From NCBI GenBank assembly GCA_965140415.1, contig OZ223209.1, positions 2,112,001 to 2,176,000 of the forward strand: a stretch of 64,000 bases of DNA. Direction: 5' to 3'. Origin of the DNA: Myxococcota bacterium (lineage in GTDB: Bacteria > Myxococcota_A > SURF-8). Shown one piece after another: positions 29,295-40,079 of this stretch. A program made the translations under genes and the position numbers. Every line of letters starts with the position of its first letter. Positions within the stretch are counted from its first letter, which is position 1. The notes below the pieces were generated by a model that saw nothing but the letters and a program-made list of their open reading frames with translations, had not been told where the DNA came from and did not search any database.

Positions 29295-32200
29295 TCATAT
29301 AGAAACATCCAATACGAATGATTTTATCGTGTATGGTGGCTTGGAAAGATTTTTTGCTTCAGCTTCAAAATGCTTTATTGTCTGCTCCAAATCGTCATCG
29401 TGTTTGTGCTTCCCCATTTTTTTACGGTGTTTAGGGCAATCTTCATCCCAATCCTCACAGCAATACCAGCCAATAAGGTAAATTCCACTGGTGCAGGCGT
29501 ATTCATTGAGATACTGACCCAACAATTGATTTTCCATTGCTGTTTGCAAGTCTTTATTCCAGCATCCTTTGCACTCAATAATTACTGTTAATGGGTTTGA
29601 TTCATTTACACAAGGTACTTCTATTTTTATATCAGTTTTATCCTCTACATTTATAAGCGGTTCTCGATTGACAATAATATTTGATTGTTTTAGGTCATCT
29701 CGCAAATCGTTGGCGATGATTCTTGAAAATTCAAGTTCACCTTTGGATCTGTACGGCTTGTTGGTCCAAAAATCGAGATTGTGCCTTATCTGATTGTTTG
29801 ATATCTTTGCCTGTATTCTTGTAAGAGATTCTAGTACTATCGCTTGCAGGTCTTTTTCGGTGTTTACGATTCGCTTTTTGGGGTCTGAAAATAGAGCAAA
29901 CAATTCTCTCATTGTTGGGGGATTCCATGAATTCGCGATTAGGTTTTGTTTGGCAACTGGCACTCTCCATTTTAGCCAGTTTATTTCAGGAAACTCTTCT
30001 GAAAGTGTTTCGAGAATATTCACTCCAGCTTGAGTGTTTTTATTGTATATTTCCTCAAATATCATTTCACGAATTCTAGTTATATGCTGTCTGCTTGAAA
30101 CGATGCCATTTGGGGGAGGGGGATCTTCATTGTAAGGAAATATCTTGGTAAGGGAAATAAAGATTTTACCCAATATCTCTTCATCTGCATTTTCGAAGAA
30201 ATATTGGAAATATGAGCCGTGATTGTTTGCCAGTGACATGAAGAATTCTTTTCCAAACTCATCATTCCTGTTAATTGCATCAAGGATTTTTGTTACTGAT
30301 ACTATAGGGCGAAAGCGAAATAACGCCTTTGCGGCATATACAGCTATTCTCTGTAATGGATCATCGTTACTTGGAACTCGTTCGATAATGTCCAAAGCAT
30401 AATCCATCACTTCGGTACCGGATCCGTTTTCAAGTATTGTTTCTAAGATGTCAAAAAAGCATTCTGGACGTAGAGAATTTTCATATGCTTTTAAAGTTAA
30501 GGCTTTTTCGAAATCAGGATTCCATACCAGCTTGACCCGTTTAGGAACGGTTCTTGTCAAATCATTCCCATTACTATTCCCATCAATTATCGATATGAGG
30601 TAATCAGTCATTTTGGTTTTTGATATTGAGATAGCTTTTGTCAATAAGGGGGCAATTGCAACTTCATCGTCCCTGTTTCTTACTAACGGCATTTTCCACA
30701 GGACAGAGTTCCATTTTCTTAAAATATAGCCATCATTCGAATCCAGTATTTCTGGAGACACATCTGCAATTAGTTTTAGTGCAGCATATCCATAAGCCAT
30801 TTCGTTTGTAATATCTCTTGTTCTTATCCATTGGTCTGTTAGAGGATCTTGCTTTTCAAGATATTCAACTGCTATTTTTATATAACAGTCTCTCTCAACG
30901 CTATTAGCCGTGACCCAACCTGGTGATTGTGACAAATTCTTCAGTTTCTGAATGGATGGAGATGGAGAGGAGGATTTCGATTCTCGTGTTAACTCTGATG
31001 CGATGTTATTCCATAATTCGGTTTTCCCTTTGCTCTTAATATGTTTTAAGCAACGCTCAATTTTCTCTTTAGGATCAAGCCATTCCGATGTCATTTGAGG
31101 AATATGTGATATTTCTTTTTCAGATTCACGTTTTCGTGATTTAATTTCTTTCCCCGAAAAACAGCTAAAAATAGATGCAAGAGTATTGTCATCTTGAAAT
31201 GTACTGTACAATTCTTGTTTTTGCTCATCCTTGAAGTGACGGAAAATGTCCCTTAGTATAATTCCCCATTTCTCCCTTTCATTATGGGTATGTATTGAGC
31301 TTAGCTTTTCAATGGCCCAGCCAGAGTCTTCCGTTAATAAAACAAAATGATAGGTGTGATAGTTTTGCTCTGGAGAATATTCTGTTCTTTGCACCAATTC
31401 AGAAAACAGAATTCGTCTCGCTTTGCTATCTTCTTTTAGTATATCAGCGACTACATCATTATTTATGAACCTCCACTGATTAACAATTGTTTCTCCTTTC
31501 AATAATGTTTCAGCTAGTTTCCCTGCGACCTGCTCGTTTTCGATAAACTTCAATGACTTTTCGAAAATCTGTTCTGGTAGTCTTGCATAGTCGGAGTTGT
31601 CCCATTTATCAATTAATTGAGTCCAGAGAAGTGCATATATGAAATCCTCCTCTTTTAATTTTTCAGGTAGTTCATAGAGGAAGCTACGGTAGCTACCGCT
31701 GAATCTATTGTTTTTTATTGGAGTTATTAAGGTGAATAATTCTAAGGTTGAAAGTGTGTTAGGCCACAGTCGATTAAATACATTGCCCTTTAAAGTATCA
31801 TTAAGATCGGAGTCTGAATCTTCTTCAATGAGGGGTTTAAGGTTTAGTAAACTATCTTCACTGCCTATCTTGCAGATCGTTTCTGAAGCAACACAGCGAA
31901 TTTCATAGACCTCATCTTTATTGAGGGCGACCTCCAAGATATCATTCTGTATATCTAAGCAGTTACACTGCTTTGCAAATTCAATAGCAAAATACCTTGT
32001 ATCATTGTCTATCGCCTTATTCAGGAATACAGCCTTTAATTGTTCACCAAGTTTAGCATGTGAAAGAAGGTTTAAGTTGGTATAATATGTTGGATGAGTG
32101 ATTTCAACATTGTCTATGGATTCCAGCAAACGATCTACAATCTTTTCTTTTTCATCGTCTGAAAATACTTTCGGATCAATTCGAATAAGGACATCAGGAT

Positions 32201-33470
32201 TGTTGGCTATGATATCATTACGTAAATCAGGTAAAAAATTCGCTAACCATGTTGCAACGTGGCTTAATTGAGGAATAATTTTACCTGAATTGTGAAACAA
32301 CAGACCTTGAAGTTGTTTGTTAGGAATTTTCTCTTCTTTGCAATGCCATGCTGCAAGAAATTCAGCGTATATCCTGTGTGACCAGACAAAGCGATTTTGT
32401 CCAAAAGATGTGAACAGAGGAGTGTCAAGAACCTCTATGTATTGCCGAATTCTTTCCTCATTGTTCTCAACAATTTCTAGTTCAATAAGTTCATTGAGTG
32501 AAAAATCGAAATCTTTTAATTGTTGGATATTATTACCAAGCGAAACAGTATTCTTACCTGAAAAAAGCATTATGGCTGCAATATTTGCAGCCATCTTCAT
32601 TCTTTTTTCGGGTGAAACTTTCCCGGAATGTCCACTGCTAATTCTGCTATCATTCTGTTCTTTACAGAAGTTTATGATCTGACTTTCAAACAATTCCTGT
32701 CGACTGTCGGGTATCTGGCCATTTATTTTGTAATGCTGAATCAAAGAAACTAACTTAAATGGTGTGTTTGCGAAAGCTATCGCATCTTTAGCTATGATTT
32801 CGTCTAAAAACTTTATATCATCAAACCCTTCTTGCTTGGCAGCATGAAGCACATTTCTTGATTGGAGACTACCTAATTTGAATTTTGCGTATTGTTCAGG
32901 ATCATCCAGTAATTCAGGAAAACTTTTATCAAAAATTGTAGGCCAGACCGCAGGACGACAAGCGATTCGTAAATAAAAGCGATTCCAGTCAATTTTATTA
33001 TTTCTCAGAAAATCGATTATAATCTGAGCGGCTTTATTCACATCAATCAATACTTCATCAAAACTATCTAGAAAAACATACAGAGAATGTGATCCATTGA
33101 CCCATTCGTTATAGTCTTGATTATCGAAAATTTCATTTTTCAGGTTTGTACGATCTTCAATTGAGTTAAGATCGATCAGTTTAATATAATCACCATTGTT
33201 TTTGTATATTGGTTCAATACGTTTGATTTCTTCTCTGATTGCATCTGTTTTTCCAGTTCCAGGTTCTCCAAGTAGTCCTAAAATCTTATAATGATTGATT
33301 TCTTGTATCGTTTTAAGCTTTGACTTAGCAGATTCAAACACACCAAATTCTGTTAGAAAACCACTGAAATTGTGTAAGTCAGATTCAAGATACTCAGACT
33401 TTCCTTCGTCTTCAATCCAATATCTTGTCCAATCATAATGCGTTTTGGTTATCATATCCATGCCCAACAA
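29295..33470 (-). CDS. NACHT/STAND-like NTPase with helical repeats and C-terminal PD-(D/E)xK-like nuclease
   Basis: LLGEPGTGKT Walker A, FLDSFDE Walker B, IACR, WSHRIYAEFLAA; C-terminal REP..KTDIKI..IIECKG; start could be 33461 or 33455. Confidence 0.8.
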   Translation of the reverse strand: MLGMDMITKTHYDWTRYWIEDEGKSEYLESDLHNFSGFLTEFGVFESAKSKLKTIQEINHYKILGLLGEPGTGKTDAIREEIKRIEPIYKNNGDYIKLIDLNSIEDRTNLKNEIFDNQDYNEWVNGSHSLYVFLDSFDEVLIDVNKAAQIIIDFLRNNKIDWNRFYLRIACRPAVWPTIFDKSFPELLDDPEQYAKFKLGSLQSRNVLHAAKQEGFDDIKFLDEIIAKDAIAFANTPFKLVSLIQHYKINGQIPDSRQELFESQIINFCKEQNDSRISSGHSGKVSPEKRMKMAANIAAIMLFSGKNTVSLGNNIQQLKDFDFSLNELIELEIVENNEERIRQYIEVLDTPLFTSFGQNRFVWSHRIYAEFLAAWHCKEEKIPNKQLQGLLFHNSGKIIPQLSHVATWLANFLPDLRNDIIANNPDVLIRIDPKVFSDDEKEKIVDRLLESIDNVEITHPTYYTNLNLLSHAKLGEQLKAVFLNKAIDNDTRYFAIEFAKQCNCLDIQNDILEVALNKDEVYEIRCVASETICKIGSEDSLLNLKPLIEEDSDSDLNDTLKGNVFNRLWPNTLSTLELFTLITPIKNNRFSGSYRSFLYELPEKLKEEDFIYALLWTQLIDKWDNSDYARLPEQIFEKSLKFIENEQVAGKLAETLLKGETIVNQWRFINNDVVADILKEDSKARRILFSELVQRTEYSPEQNYHTYHFVLLTEDSGWAIEKLSSIHTHNEREKWGIILRDIFRHFKDEQKQELYSTFQDDNTLASIFSCFSGKEIKSRKRESEKEISHIPQMTSEWLDPKEKIERCLKHIKSKGKTELWNNIASELTRESKSSSPSPSIQKLKNLSQSPGWVTANSVERDCYIKIAVEYLEKQDPLTDQWIRTRDITNEMAYGYAALKLIADVSPEILDSNDGYILRKWNSVLWKMPLVRNRDDEVAIAPLLTKAISISKTKMTDYLISIIDGNSNGNDLTRTVPKRVKLVWNPDFEKALTLKAYENSLRPECFFDILETILENGSGTEVMDYALDIIERVPSNDDPLQRIAVYAAKALFRFRPIVSVTKILDAINRNDEFGKEFFMSLANNHGSYFQYFFENADEEILGKIFISLTKIFPYNEDPPPPNGIVSSRQHITRIREMIFEEIYNKNTQAGVNILETLSEEFPEINWLKWRVPVAKQNLIANSWNPPTMRELFALFSDPKKRIVNTEKDLQAIVLESLTRIQAKISNNQIRHNLDFWTNKPYRSKGELEFSRIIANDLRDDLKQSNIIVNREPLINVEDKTDIKIEVPCVNESNPLTVIIECKGCWNKDLQTAMENQLLGQYLNEYACTSGIYLIGWYCCEDWDEDCPKHRKKMGKHKHDDDLEQTIKHFEAEAKNLSKPPYTIKSFVLDVSI

Positions 33471-33514
33471 TACATCACTTCATGAGAAAATATGTCTGTA
33501 TTTCAAATTCCACC

Positions 33515-33601
33515 CAGGAGATTTCCATGAATCATAACCCATGATGTTAAGGATTCCAAGATCGTTTTGATTTCCCAGAACGTTCTGGTTGGCCGTTCCA
33601 C
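33515..33601 (+). repeat. 87-bp non-coding direct repeat, copy A
   Basis: Ungapped manual alignment with 42550-42636: 68/87 identical. Confidence 0.85.
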
Positions 33602-33794
33602 AAAAACTGATCAGGATTAATTGTAATTCAACAGTAATGGTTTAATAACAATCACTGGCAGCTGCATCTGTATAGAGTTATTTTACACTATAGTTAATAA
33701 AAAAACTCTTGACTTAGATAATGCTCCATACTAATTCTGATTAAGTATTCAGCCAATCCCTGCAATCCAGTTGATCCTTAACGAGGAGACTCAA

Positions 33795-36700
33795 ATGAAA
33801 TTCAAATACCAATTCCAAACCAATGCAATGTTACTTGTTGTTGTATTATTGGTGGTAACGGCTTGTAAAGTAACAATAGAAAAGCCAGATGGGGACACAT
33901 ATACCGCAGGTGAAGAAATACATTTCAAGGCAGAATACGATGGAACCGGCGAAATAAAATGGAAAAGCGAATATACTTCTCCTGAAGCAATAACACAGAC
34001 CATAGGTGATAGTGAATTTAAACAAGGGGTAAGAGAGACTGGCAAGGGATATCCCTGGGAATTCTATAAATCAGACCTTCCTATTGGGGTTCATAAAATT
34101 ACCGCATATAAAAACGATACAGACATGGCGGAAGTTACAATCACCATTCGCTCATTTTGTGATGTACCGGGGACTGATTGTTCTTCATTCGGTGATGGAT
34201 TATGCGTAGAAGGCGTTTGCAGTTATGAGGCTAATGCCTGTATCTCTAGATCATTACCTGATGGAACGAGTTGTGATGATGGTGATCCTGCTACCTATGG
34301 AGAACTATGTATAAGTGGAGAGTGCGCCGCTGAATATGGGATATTAAGTACTGACTTTCAGGATTTCGGTGTCGACTATATAAGCTCGGAAGCACGGAAA
34401 CCTTTTATTATGGATCAGGCAATATCGAAATTGAGTTTATATTCCGGAGAAATTATCGAAGATGAAAAGGAACTGCAATTAAAGGGGCGTGGAATAGATT
34501 TCTCAATTAAACGGTATTATCGTAGTGGTGTAATTCATAAGGAAAGCGCCGTTTTTGGAAATTGGGATGCAGAGTTTAACGAATATCTCATTTCATCTGA
34601 TCTTGGAAATGAAATGAGTTACTATAAGGGTACGGGCTTAATTTATGAGCTTAAGAAAGTCCAAAATCAACCTCGTACTTGGATTTCAACCAATGATGGA
34701 TTTTCAGGAATATTCCAGGAAAAATCAGGCGCTGTCTACAATGTGCCTAGTGGATGTACCGTTGCGTCTGTACGGCAATCTGGATTCGGGCAAATCGTAA
34801 ATGGTATCTGGTTACGGGAAGCAGATGGAACAAGGAAGTTCTTTATACCTACAGAAACCTATTATGGAGAACAACATAATGGAAATATTTATCGGTTAGC
34901 AAAAACAATCGATATAGATGGGAACGCAATATCTTATTATTACCAAAATGTGACAGATAGCGACAGAAAAAGGGTTTGGTGTATTGTAGATACGATGCTG
35001 CGTCCGATTTCTGTTGAATATGAAAATGAGTATTCAAGGAACATATCGAAAATCGAATACTTCGATGGGCGTACTGCCAAATATTTGTACAATGATAACG
35101 GTCAATTAGCTACTGTCCAACTTCAAGAACCCACAGACAATACTGGCCAGCAATTCTTTAATTACCTTGTCTATACTTATCATGTGAATGAGGCCAATAA
35201 TCCTTTGGCCAGCATTCAGACTAGTGATGATATTGAGGCGGGGCGAGAGGCTAGCCAAACCTTTGAATATGATGAAAACTACCGACTTTCCACCTGGAAC
35301 GTTAGAGATTCATATGAACAAGTTGGAACTTACACGTTGACCTATGAAAAAGCATACGTCTCAGATTTGCAAGACCGAGATGCTTTACACAATCAAACAA
35401 CACAAATAGATCCATCTGGAGTTACAACGACATTTAGGTTCAATAAAGATGGTCTTATGAGAGAAAGGCAAATTTTCGATGATTTGCATGTAGGTGCTAA
35501 TGATTCAGCCTTTTCCGTTACAGAAAGCGTTGAATTCCGGTACTTTTGGGACAATGAAGGCAATTTAGTAGAAGGTATAAAGCCGGAAGGGAACTCTGTT
35601 GTTTACGAATATACAAACGCCGCAGGAGTGTATAGTGAACAAGATCGGATAGATGAATATTGGATCCAGAATTGGCAAAAACGCTACCATATTCACAATA
35701 TTACACAGAAAACAGAGAAAGCAGGGCCGCGTGGAGATGGTTTTGGCGGTTATGCCACAGACAAAGTAACAAGATATTATTACGAACCCATTGCCAACAA
35801 GCTGTACAAAAAAGTGGATCCAATGGGCCAAGTGAGAAAAACAATATTCGATTATCAGGAGAGTTCCGAAGGAGACGTTCGCAACCATTTTGAAGATCCG
35901 ATTATTATGAATCAAACTCCAAGTGTTAGCCTGGTATTTCCTGAAAGCATGGAATTTGGTTTGGGAGATATTAACCACAATGATGAACTCGATCCAATGC
36001 GGGCTCATGCCATCAAGATTCAGATGGGCATTATTGAGCAGGATGATGGTTCCAGCCAAGATGTATCCAAGGAAATGGAATATGATTTCCATGGTCGCGT
36101 CATAAAAATGTACGATGAAATCGGGGTGCTTACCGAATATAGCTATGGCAAATTACCAATTAGCGATAATGCATCAACACTGGGGCAAGGGTATCTCGCT
36201 GAAGTATTGATCGACGCAAATTATCTTGAAAGAGCGCTACCTTTTGAGGCTCTACATGAAAGAACTTCATATGAAGTTAATGATTCAGGCATAGTTGTAA
36301 AAGAAGTCAAACCAGATGATTCTGTGAAACGGTATTATTTCAATTCTTGGACACTGAATAATAATTTATGTGTCTATGAATTCACACCGCTTACTGGAGG
36401 AAAAGGATTCTATTCCTATGAAAACTACGAATATTCTAGGATGGGTCGATTGGTACGTAGTTCCAAGTATGTAGGGGGAATCAACAGCCACGAAGTTGGG
36501 GATTATCTTGTAGCGAGTTATTCCTATGACAGCATGGGGCGAAAAACAAGACAATGTAAGTCGGTGACCGAAAGCATCAAGGCTTGCAATAATTATGAAT
36601 ATGATGCGCTTGGGAGAAAAATACAAACGGAAACACCGGAAGGTGTCGTAACGAACTACATCTATAACAGCTTTGGAAAACTGTACAAAACAGAACGTGG

Positions 36701-39700
36701 TTCAGGCAACAGCTTAATTCGTGTTATGCGCTACTATGACAGTAACGGCAACATGACTTCAAGACGAGAAGATGTAGATAACAACAACGACGGTATGCCT
36801 GATGGTCCAGTGTTTGTATTTGATGGATTTGATCGTTTAGTACAAAAACAGTTCGAAGATGGGACTGCATACCGCCGTCGATATAACAAATTGGATAAAA
36901 TGACGCTGGAAAGATATGTGTCGGATGACAATTCGAGTCTATCCCGAGTACGGTACGAGTATGATAGCTTTAGCCGCCGAACCAAAGTTTTAGCGGATGT
37001 ATATGATTTGGAGGGAGGAACCGGCTTGATCGACACGCTGGAATGGAAATACGGGTATGATGCAACAAGTCGAATTCTGCGTGAGGTTTCACCATCCGGC
37101 GATTATACAAGGTGTGATTATGATGGTGCGGGTCGCATAGCGGCTTGTTTTGACTCTGAAGGTAATCGAATCGAGTATTTCCGTAATGAAATTGGACGGG
37201 CCGAGGCAATTGAAATTACCAATATTACCGATCCGGAGGTTACGGAAGCTGAAACAAGAAGCTATCGCTGGGAATATTCGTACAATGCTTTGGGAAAAAT
37301 CACGGAACGCAGACGCGTCGATACCGCAGACAATGATAATTTCCTACTTGAAGAATATGAGTATGACAATCTAGGTAGATTAGAAACCTATACGAATGCA
37401 GACAGACATACCACTTTTTACTATCGCGATTTGCTTGGACATTTACTTCGAGTAAAGAAACCCGTCCTGGCTGATGAAAACAATCCCGATGGTTATGTCA
37501 TGATGTGTACGGATTACGATCTGGACGGTAACGTTGTTGCGAAATATCCGGATGGCAATATCGGTTGTGCTCCAGATCCAAATATCGAATACACCTATAC
37601 GGAAACTGGCCAGTTGTATGAAGCCATTTATCCGGATGGAAGTTTCACCAGAAGATCCTACAACAAGGGAAATCAGCTAGCTCAATTCATCGACCGGAAT
37701 GGATCCATTATATCCAACAGTTATGATGCTCGCGAACGATTAACAGGCAGATCTGTCACACGTGGTGTTAATGTTGTGGGTACGACCGAAGAATCATTCG
37801 TTTACGATGGATTAGGTTTTCTTACAAGGGCCATTACCAACAACGATCCCGAAACAAATGATGACGATGTGGTTGTTAATATGGAGTACGATTCTCTTGG
37901 TCGTCTCTTGCATGATAACGTGAATGGCGATGTAACAGCCTATGAATACTCGGGTGAGTTCATGAACCGGGTCACCTATCCTTCCGGTAGAGTACTGGAT
38001 CTTGGAAGGGATCAAAAAGGTAGGATAAAATCCCTACAATTCGCAGCGGAAATGAATCCTGTTGCACGTTTTGACTGGCTTGATGGTTCCTATTGGGCGG
38101 GGCAATTTGGAAACGGAACGGAAGATGCCGTAGACTATGACGAGTTTGGACGCCTCAATCGTCTCTCTGCGTGGGATGGTGAAGGATCTAGTCTTTTAGA
38201 TTTCAGCATTTTGCGAAACGGAATGAATCGCCCGACAGAACGGATCGACTATTTGCTTAGTACCTCGGAGCAATCTGTCGGTGACCAGTTCAATTTGGAT
38301 GAACTCAATCGAATCAGGGGCGTCAAACATAACATAGCGCTGGATACCCCTGCTGCCCTGCCGGAATGGGGAGAAGAGTATGGGTATGATGGAAGAAACA
38401 ACATTGTTGAACAGAATATCAATGGGGTTGAGTACGAATTTTCCGTAAACACCCTTGATCAATACATATCCCGGATCAATCGAAACACTGGGGAGCAAAT
38501 CTCCTACTCTTACGATGATGCAGGCAATCTGATAGGAAAACAGGGGGCGAGTGAGAATGAATTGTTCTCATTCAACTTCCGAAACCAAATCAACTATTAC
38601 TCAAAAACATCCGAGAACTTAGATGTCAAATACATCTATGATGCGTTAGGAAGAAAACGTTCCAGAATCGCTGCCTCTAACATGGGGAACGTTGATGAAA
38701 GCATTAGTGAAACCATCTATCGGTACCTGAAATGGGAAATTGTCGAAGAGGAAACGAATCGGGATGGCTCGTTTTCAGAGGGGCGTATCTTTATTCCTGG
38801 TACGAGCATTGACAGTGTCCTGCGTATGGACGTGCTGGATGGCAGTATGCTCGATCAAGAATATGAGAGCTATTACTATCACTATGATCAGAGTGGCAAT
38901 GTCCATTCTCTGACGGATCAATCCGGTGAGATCGTTGAAACCTATGACTACACAGCATATGGTTTAGCGACTCTGAATTTGACGCCCGGCAAGACTAGTC
39001 CCGGAAATAATATCATGTTCAAGGGTATGCGCTACGATCCGTACATGAGTTTGTATGATAGTCGCCTACGGTGGTACGATCCGAGCATAGGACGCTTCAC
39101 GTCGGTTGACCCCATTGGGATTTGGGGAGATACAAGCAACCATGGAAACGGATATGGTTTCTTAGGACTGAATACATACTATGGTTCCGATCCTTTTGGG
39201 CTAATGGGAAGCATTTATTCTGATGTGTGGTCTCCAGAAGACTGTAGAGAGAATCGAAATATACACGGAAGGATGGGAGCTGGTGAGAATGCAGGAGGAA
39301 CAGGAGGAGCAGCAGTTCCCGATGTGCTCATGATATTTATGTACAATAACTGTGGTCATAGAGATGACGCATCGACTGGAGATGAGAATATAGGGGATGG
39401 TGGATATACTGGGATTACAGAGGATGGTGCAGGTTATACTGGTGATGCAAGTGGTGATTATGATGAAGATAATGACGATAATGACGATAATGACGATGAT
39501 GATGATGATGATGATGAAAGTAACGATCCAGATGATGAGAACGAAGAATGCGAAGATGGTAACTGTCCAGATGAGGAATCAGAAGAAGCTGACGAGCAAG
39601 AAACCGATGGAGGGGAAGGCTATCCCGCTGATCCAACCGAAGAGAATGTCAGTAACTTTGATTTAGCAAAGTTAATGCGGGCGCTATTTGGCGAAAGTGA

Positions 39701-39971
39701 TGAAGAAGGAAGTTGGCAGGATGGAGAAATAAGCGATAGCGATGGGATTCGTGTTGATTTTCATGGTGTTATCAATCCCCCGAAATCGTCCGATGATGAA
39801 GATAGTGGGTTTTATTTCGAGGCCGATGACACAGGGCATGTGTGGATAATCTGGAACACGATGAATGAGGATGTTGGACCTTTTGATGATCTTACAACAG
39901 CTGAAAAGATCATTTTATCAGGCTTCAACGGTGGAGAGTTGGGGCCACGTCCCGAACTCATTTCAAATTAA
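33795..39971 (+). CDS. RHS/YD-repeat lipoprotein with acidic C-terminal tip
   Basis: GAGGAG RBS; VVTAC lipobox; many YDxxGR repeats; core RWYDPSIGRFTSVDPIG...SDPFGL. Confidence 0.9.
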   Translation: MKFKYQFQTNAMLLVVVLLVVTACKVTIEKPDGDTYTAGEEIHFKAEYDGTGEIKWKSEYTSPEAITQTIGDSEFKQGVRETGKGYPWEFYKSDLPIGVHKITAYKNDTDMAEVTITIRSFCDVPGTDCSSFGDGLCVEGVCSYEANACISRSLPDGTSCDDGDPATYGELCISGECAAEYGILSTDFQDFGVDYISSEARKPFIMDQAISKLSLYSGEIIEDEKELQLKGRGIDFSIKRYYRSGVIHKESAVFGNWDAEFNEYLISSDLGNEMSYYKGTGLIYELKKVQNQPRTWISTNDGFSGIFQEKSGAVYNVPSGCTVASVRQSGFGQIVNGIWLREADGTRKFFIPTETYYGEQHNGNIYRLAKTIDIDGNAISYYYQNVTDSDRKRVWCIVDTMLRPISVEYENEYSRNISKIEYFDGRTAKYLYNDNGQLATVQLQEPTDNTGQQFFNYLVYTYHVNEANNPLASIQTSDDIEAGREASQTFEYDENYRLSTWNVRDSYEQVGTYTLTYEKAYVSDLQDRDALHNQTTQIDPSGVTTTFRFNKDGLMRERQIFDDLHVGANDSAFSVTESVEFRYFWDNEGNLVEGIKPEGNSVVYEYTNAAGVYSEQDRIDEYWIQNWQKRYHIHNITQKTEKAGPRGDGFGGYATDKVTRYYYEPIANKLYKKVDPMGQVRKTIFDYQESSEGDVRNHFEDPIIMNQTPSVSLVFPESMEFGLGDINHNDELDPMRAHAIKIQMGIIEQDDGSSQDVSKEMEYDFHGRVIKMYDEIGVLTEYSYGKLPISDNASTLGQGYLAEVLIDANYLERALPFEALHERTSYEVNDSGIVVKEVKPDDSVKRYYFNSWTLNNNLCVYEFTPLTGGKGFYSYENYEYSRMGRLVRSSKYVGGINSHEVGDYLVASYSYDSMGRKTRQCKSVTESIKACNNYEYDALGRKIQTETPEGVVTNYIYNSFGKLYKTERGSGNSLIRVMRYYDSNGNMTSRREDVDNNNDGMPDGPVFVFDGFDRLVQKQFEDGTAYRRRYNKLDKMTLERYVSDDNSSLSRVRYEYDSFSRRTKVLADVYDLEGGTGLIDTLEWKYGYDATSRILREVSPSGDYTRCDYDGAGRIAACFDSEGNRIEYFRNEIGRAEAIEITNITDPEVTEAETRSYRWEYSYNALGKITERRRVDTADNDNFLLEEYEYDNLGRLETYTNADRHTTFYYRDLLGHLLRVKKPVLADENNPDGYVMMCTDYDLDGNVVAKYPDGNIGCAPDPNIEYTYTETGQLYEAIYPDGSFTRRSYNKGNQLAQFIDRNGSIISNSYDARERLTGRSVTRGVNVVGTTEESFVYDGLGFLTRAITNNDPETNDDDVVVNMEYDSLGRLLHDNVNGDVTAYEYSGEFMNRVTYPSGRVLDLGRDQKGRIKSLQFAAEMNPVARFDWLDGSYWAGQFGNGTEDAVDYDEFGRLNRLSAWDGEGSSLLDFSILRNGMNRPTERIDYLLSTSEQSVGDQFNLDELNRIRGVKHNIALDTPAALPEWGEEYGYDGRNNIVEQNINGVEYEFSVNTLDQYISRINRNTGEQISYSYDDAGNLIGKQGASENELFSFNFRNQINYYSKTSENLDVKYIYDALGRKRSRIAASNMGNVDESISETIYRYLKWEIVEEETNRDGSFSEGRIFIPGTSIDSVLRMDVLDGSMLDQEYESYYYHYDQSGNVHSLTDQSGEIVETYDYTAYGLATLNLTPGKTSPGNNIMFKGMRYDPYMSLYDSRLRWYDPSIGRFTSVDPIGIWGDTSNHGNGYGFLGLNTYYGSDPFGLMGSIYSDVWSPEDCRENRNIHGRMGAGENAGGTGGAAVPDVLMIFMYNNCGHRDDASTGDENIGDGGYTGITEDGAGYTGDASGDYDEDNDDNDDNDDDDDDDDESNDPDDENEECEDGNCPDEESEEADEQETDGGEGYPADPTEENVSNFDLAKLMRALFGESDEEGSWQDGEISDSDGIRVDFHGVINPPKSSDDEDSGFYFEADDTGHVWIIWNTMNEDVGPFDDLTTAEKIILSGFNGGELGPRPELISN

Positions 39972-40079
39972 ATGGTGGCGCATGGTGAAACAATTAACTA
40001 TACTGCTGGTAGATTGACGCAGAAGAGGTGTGATACAAGGACTTGGAAATCGTGTCCATATTCCAAGAAGGTGATTTCA

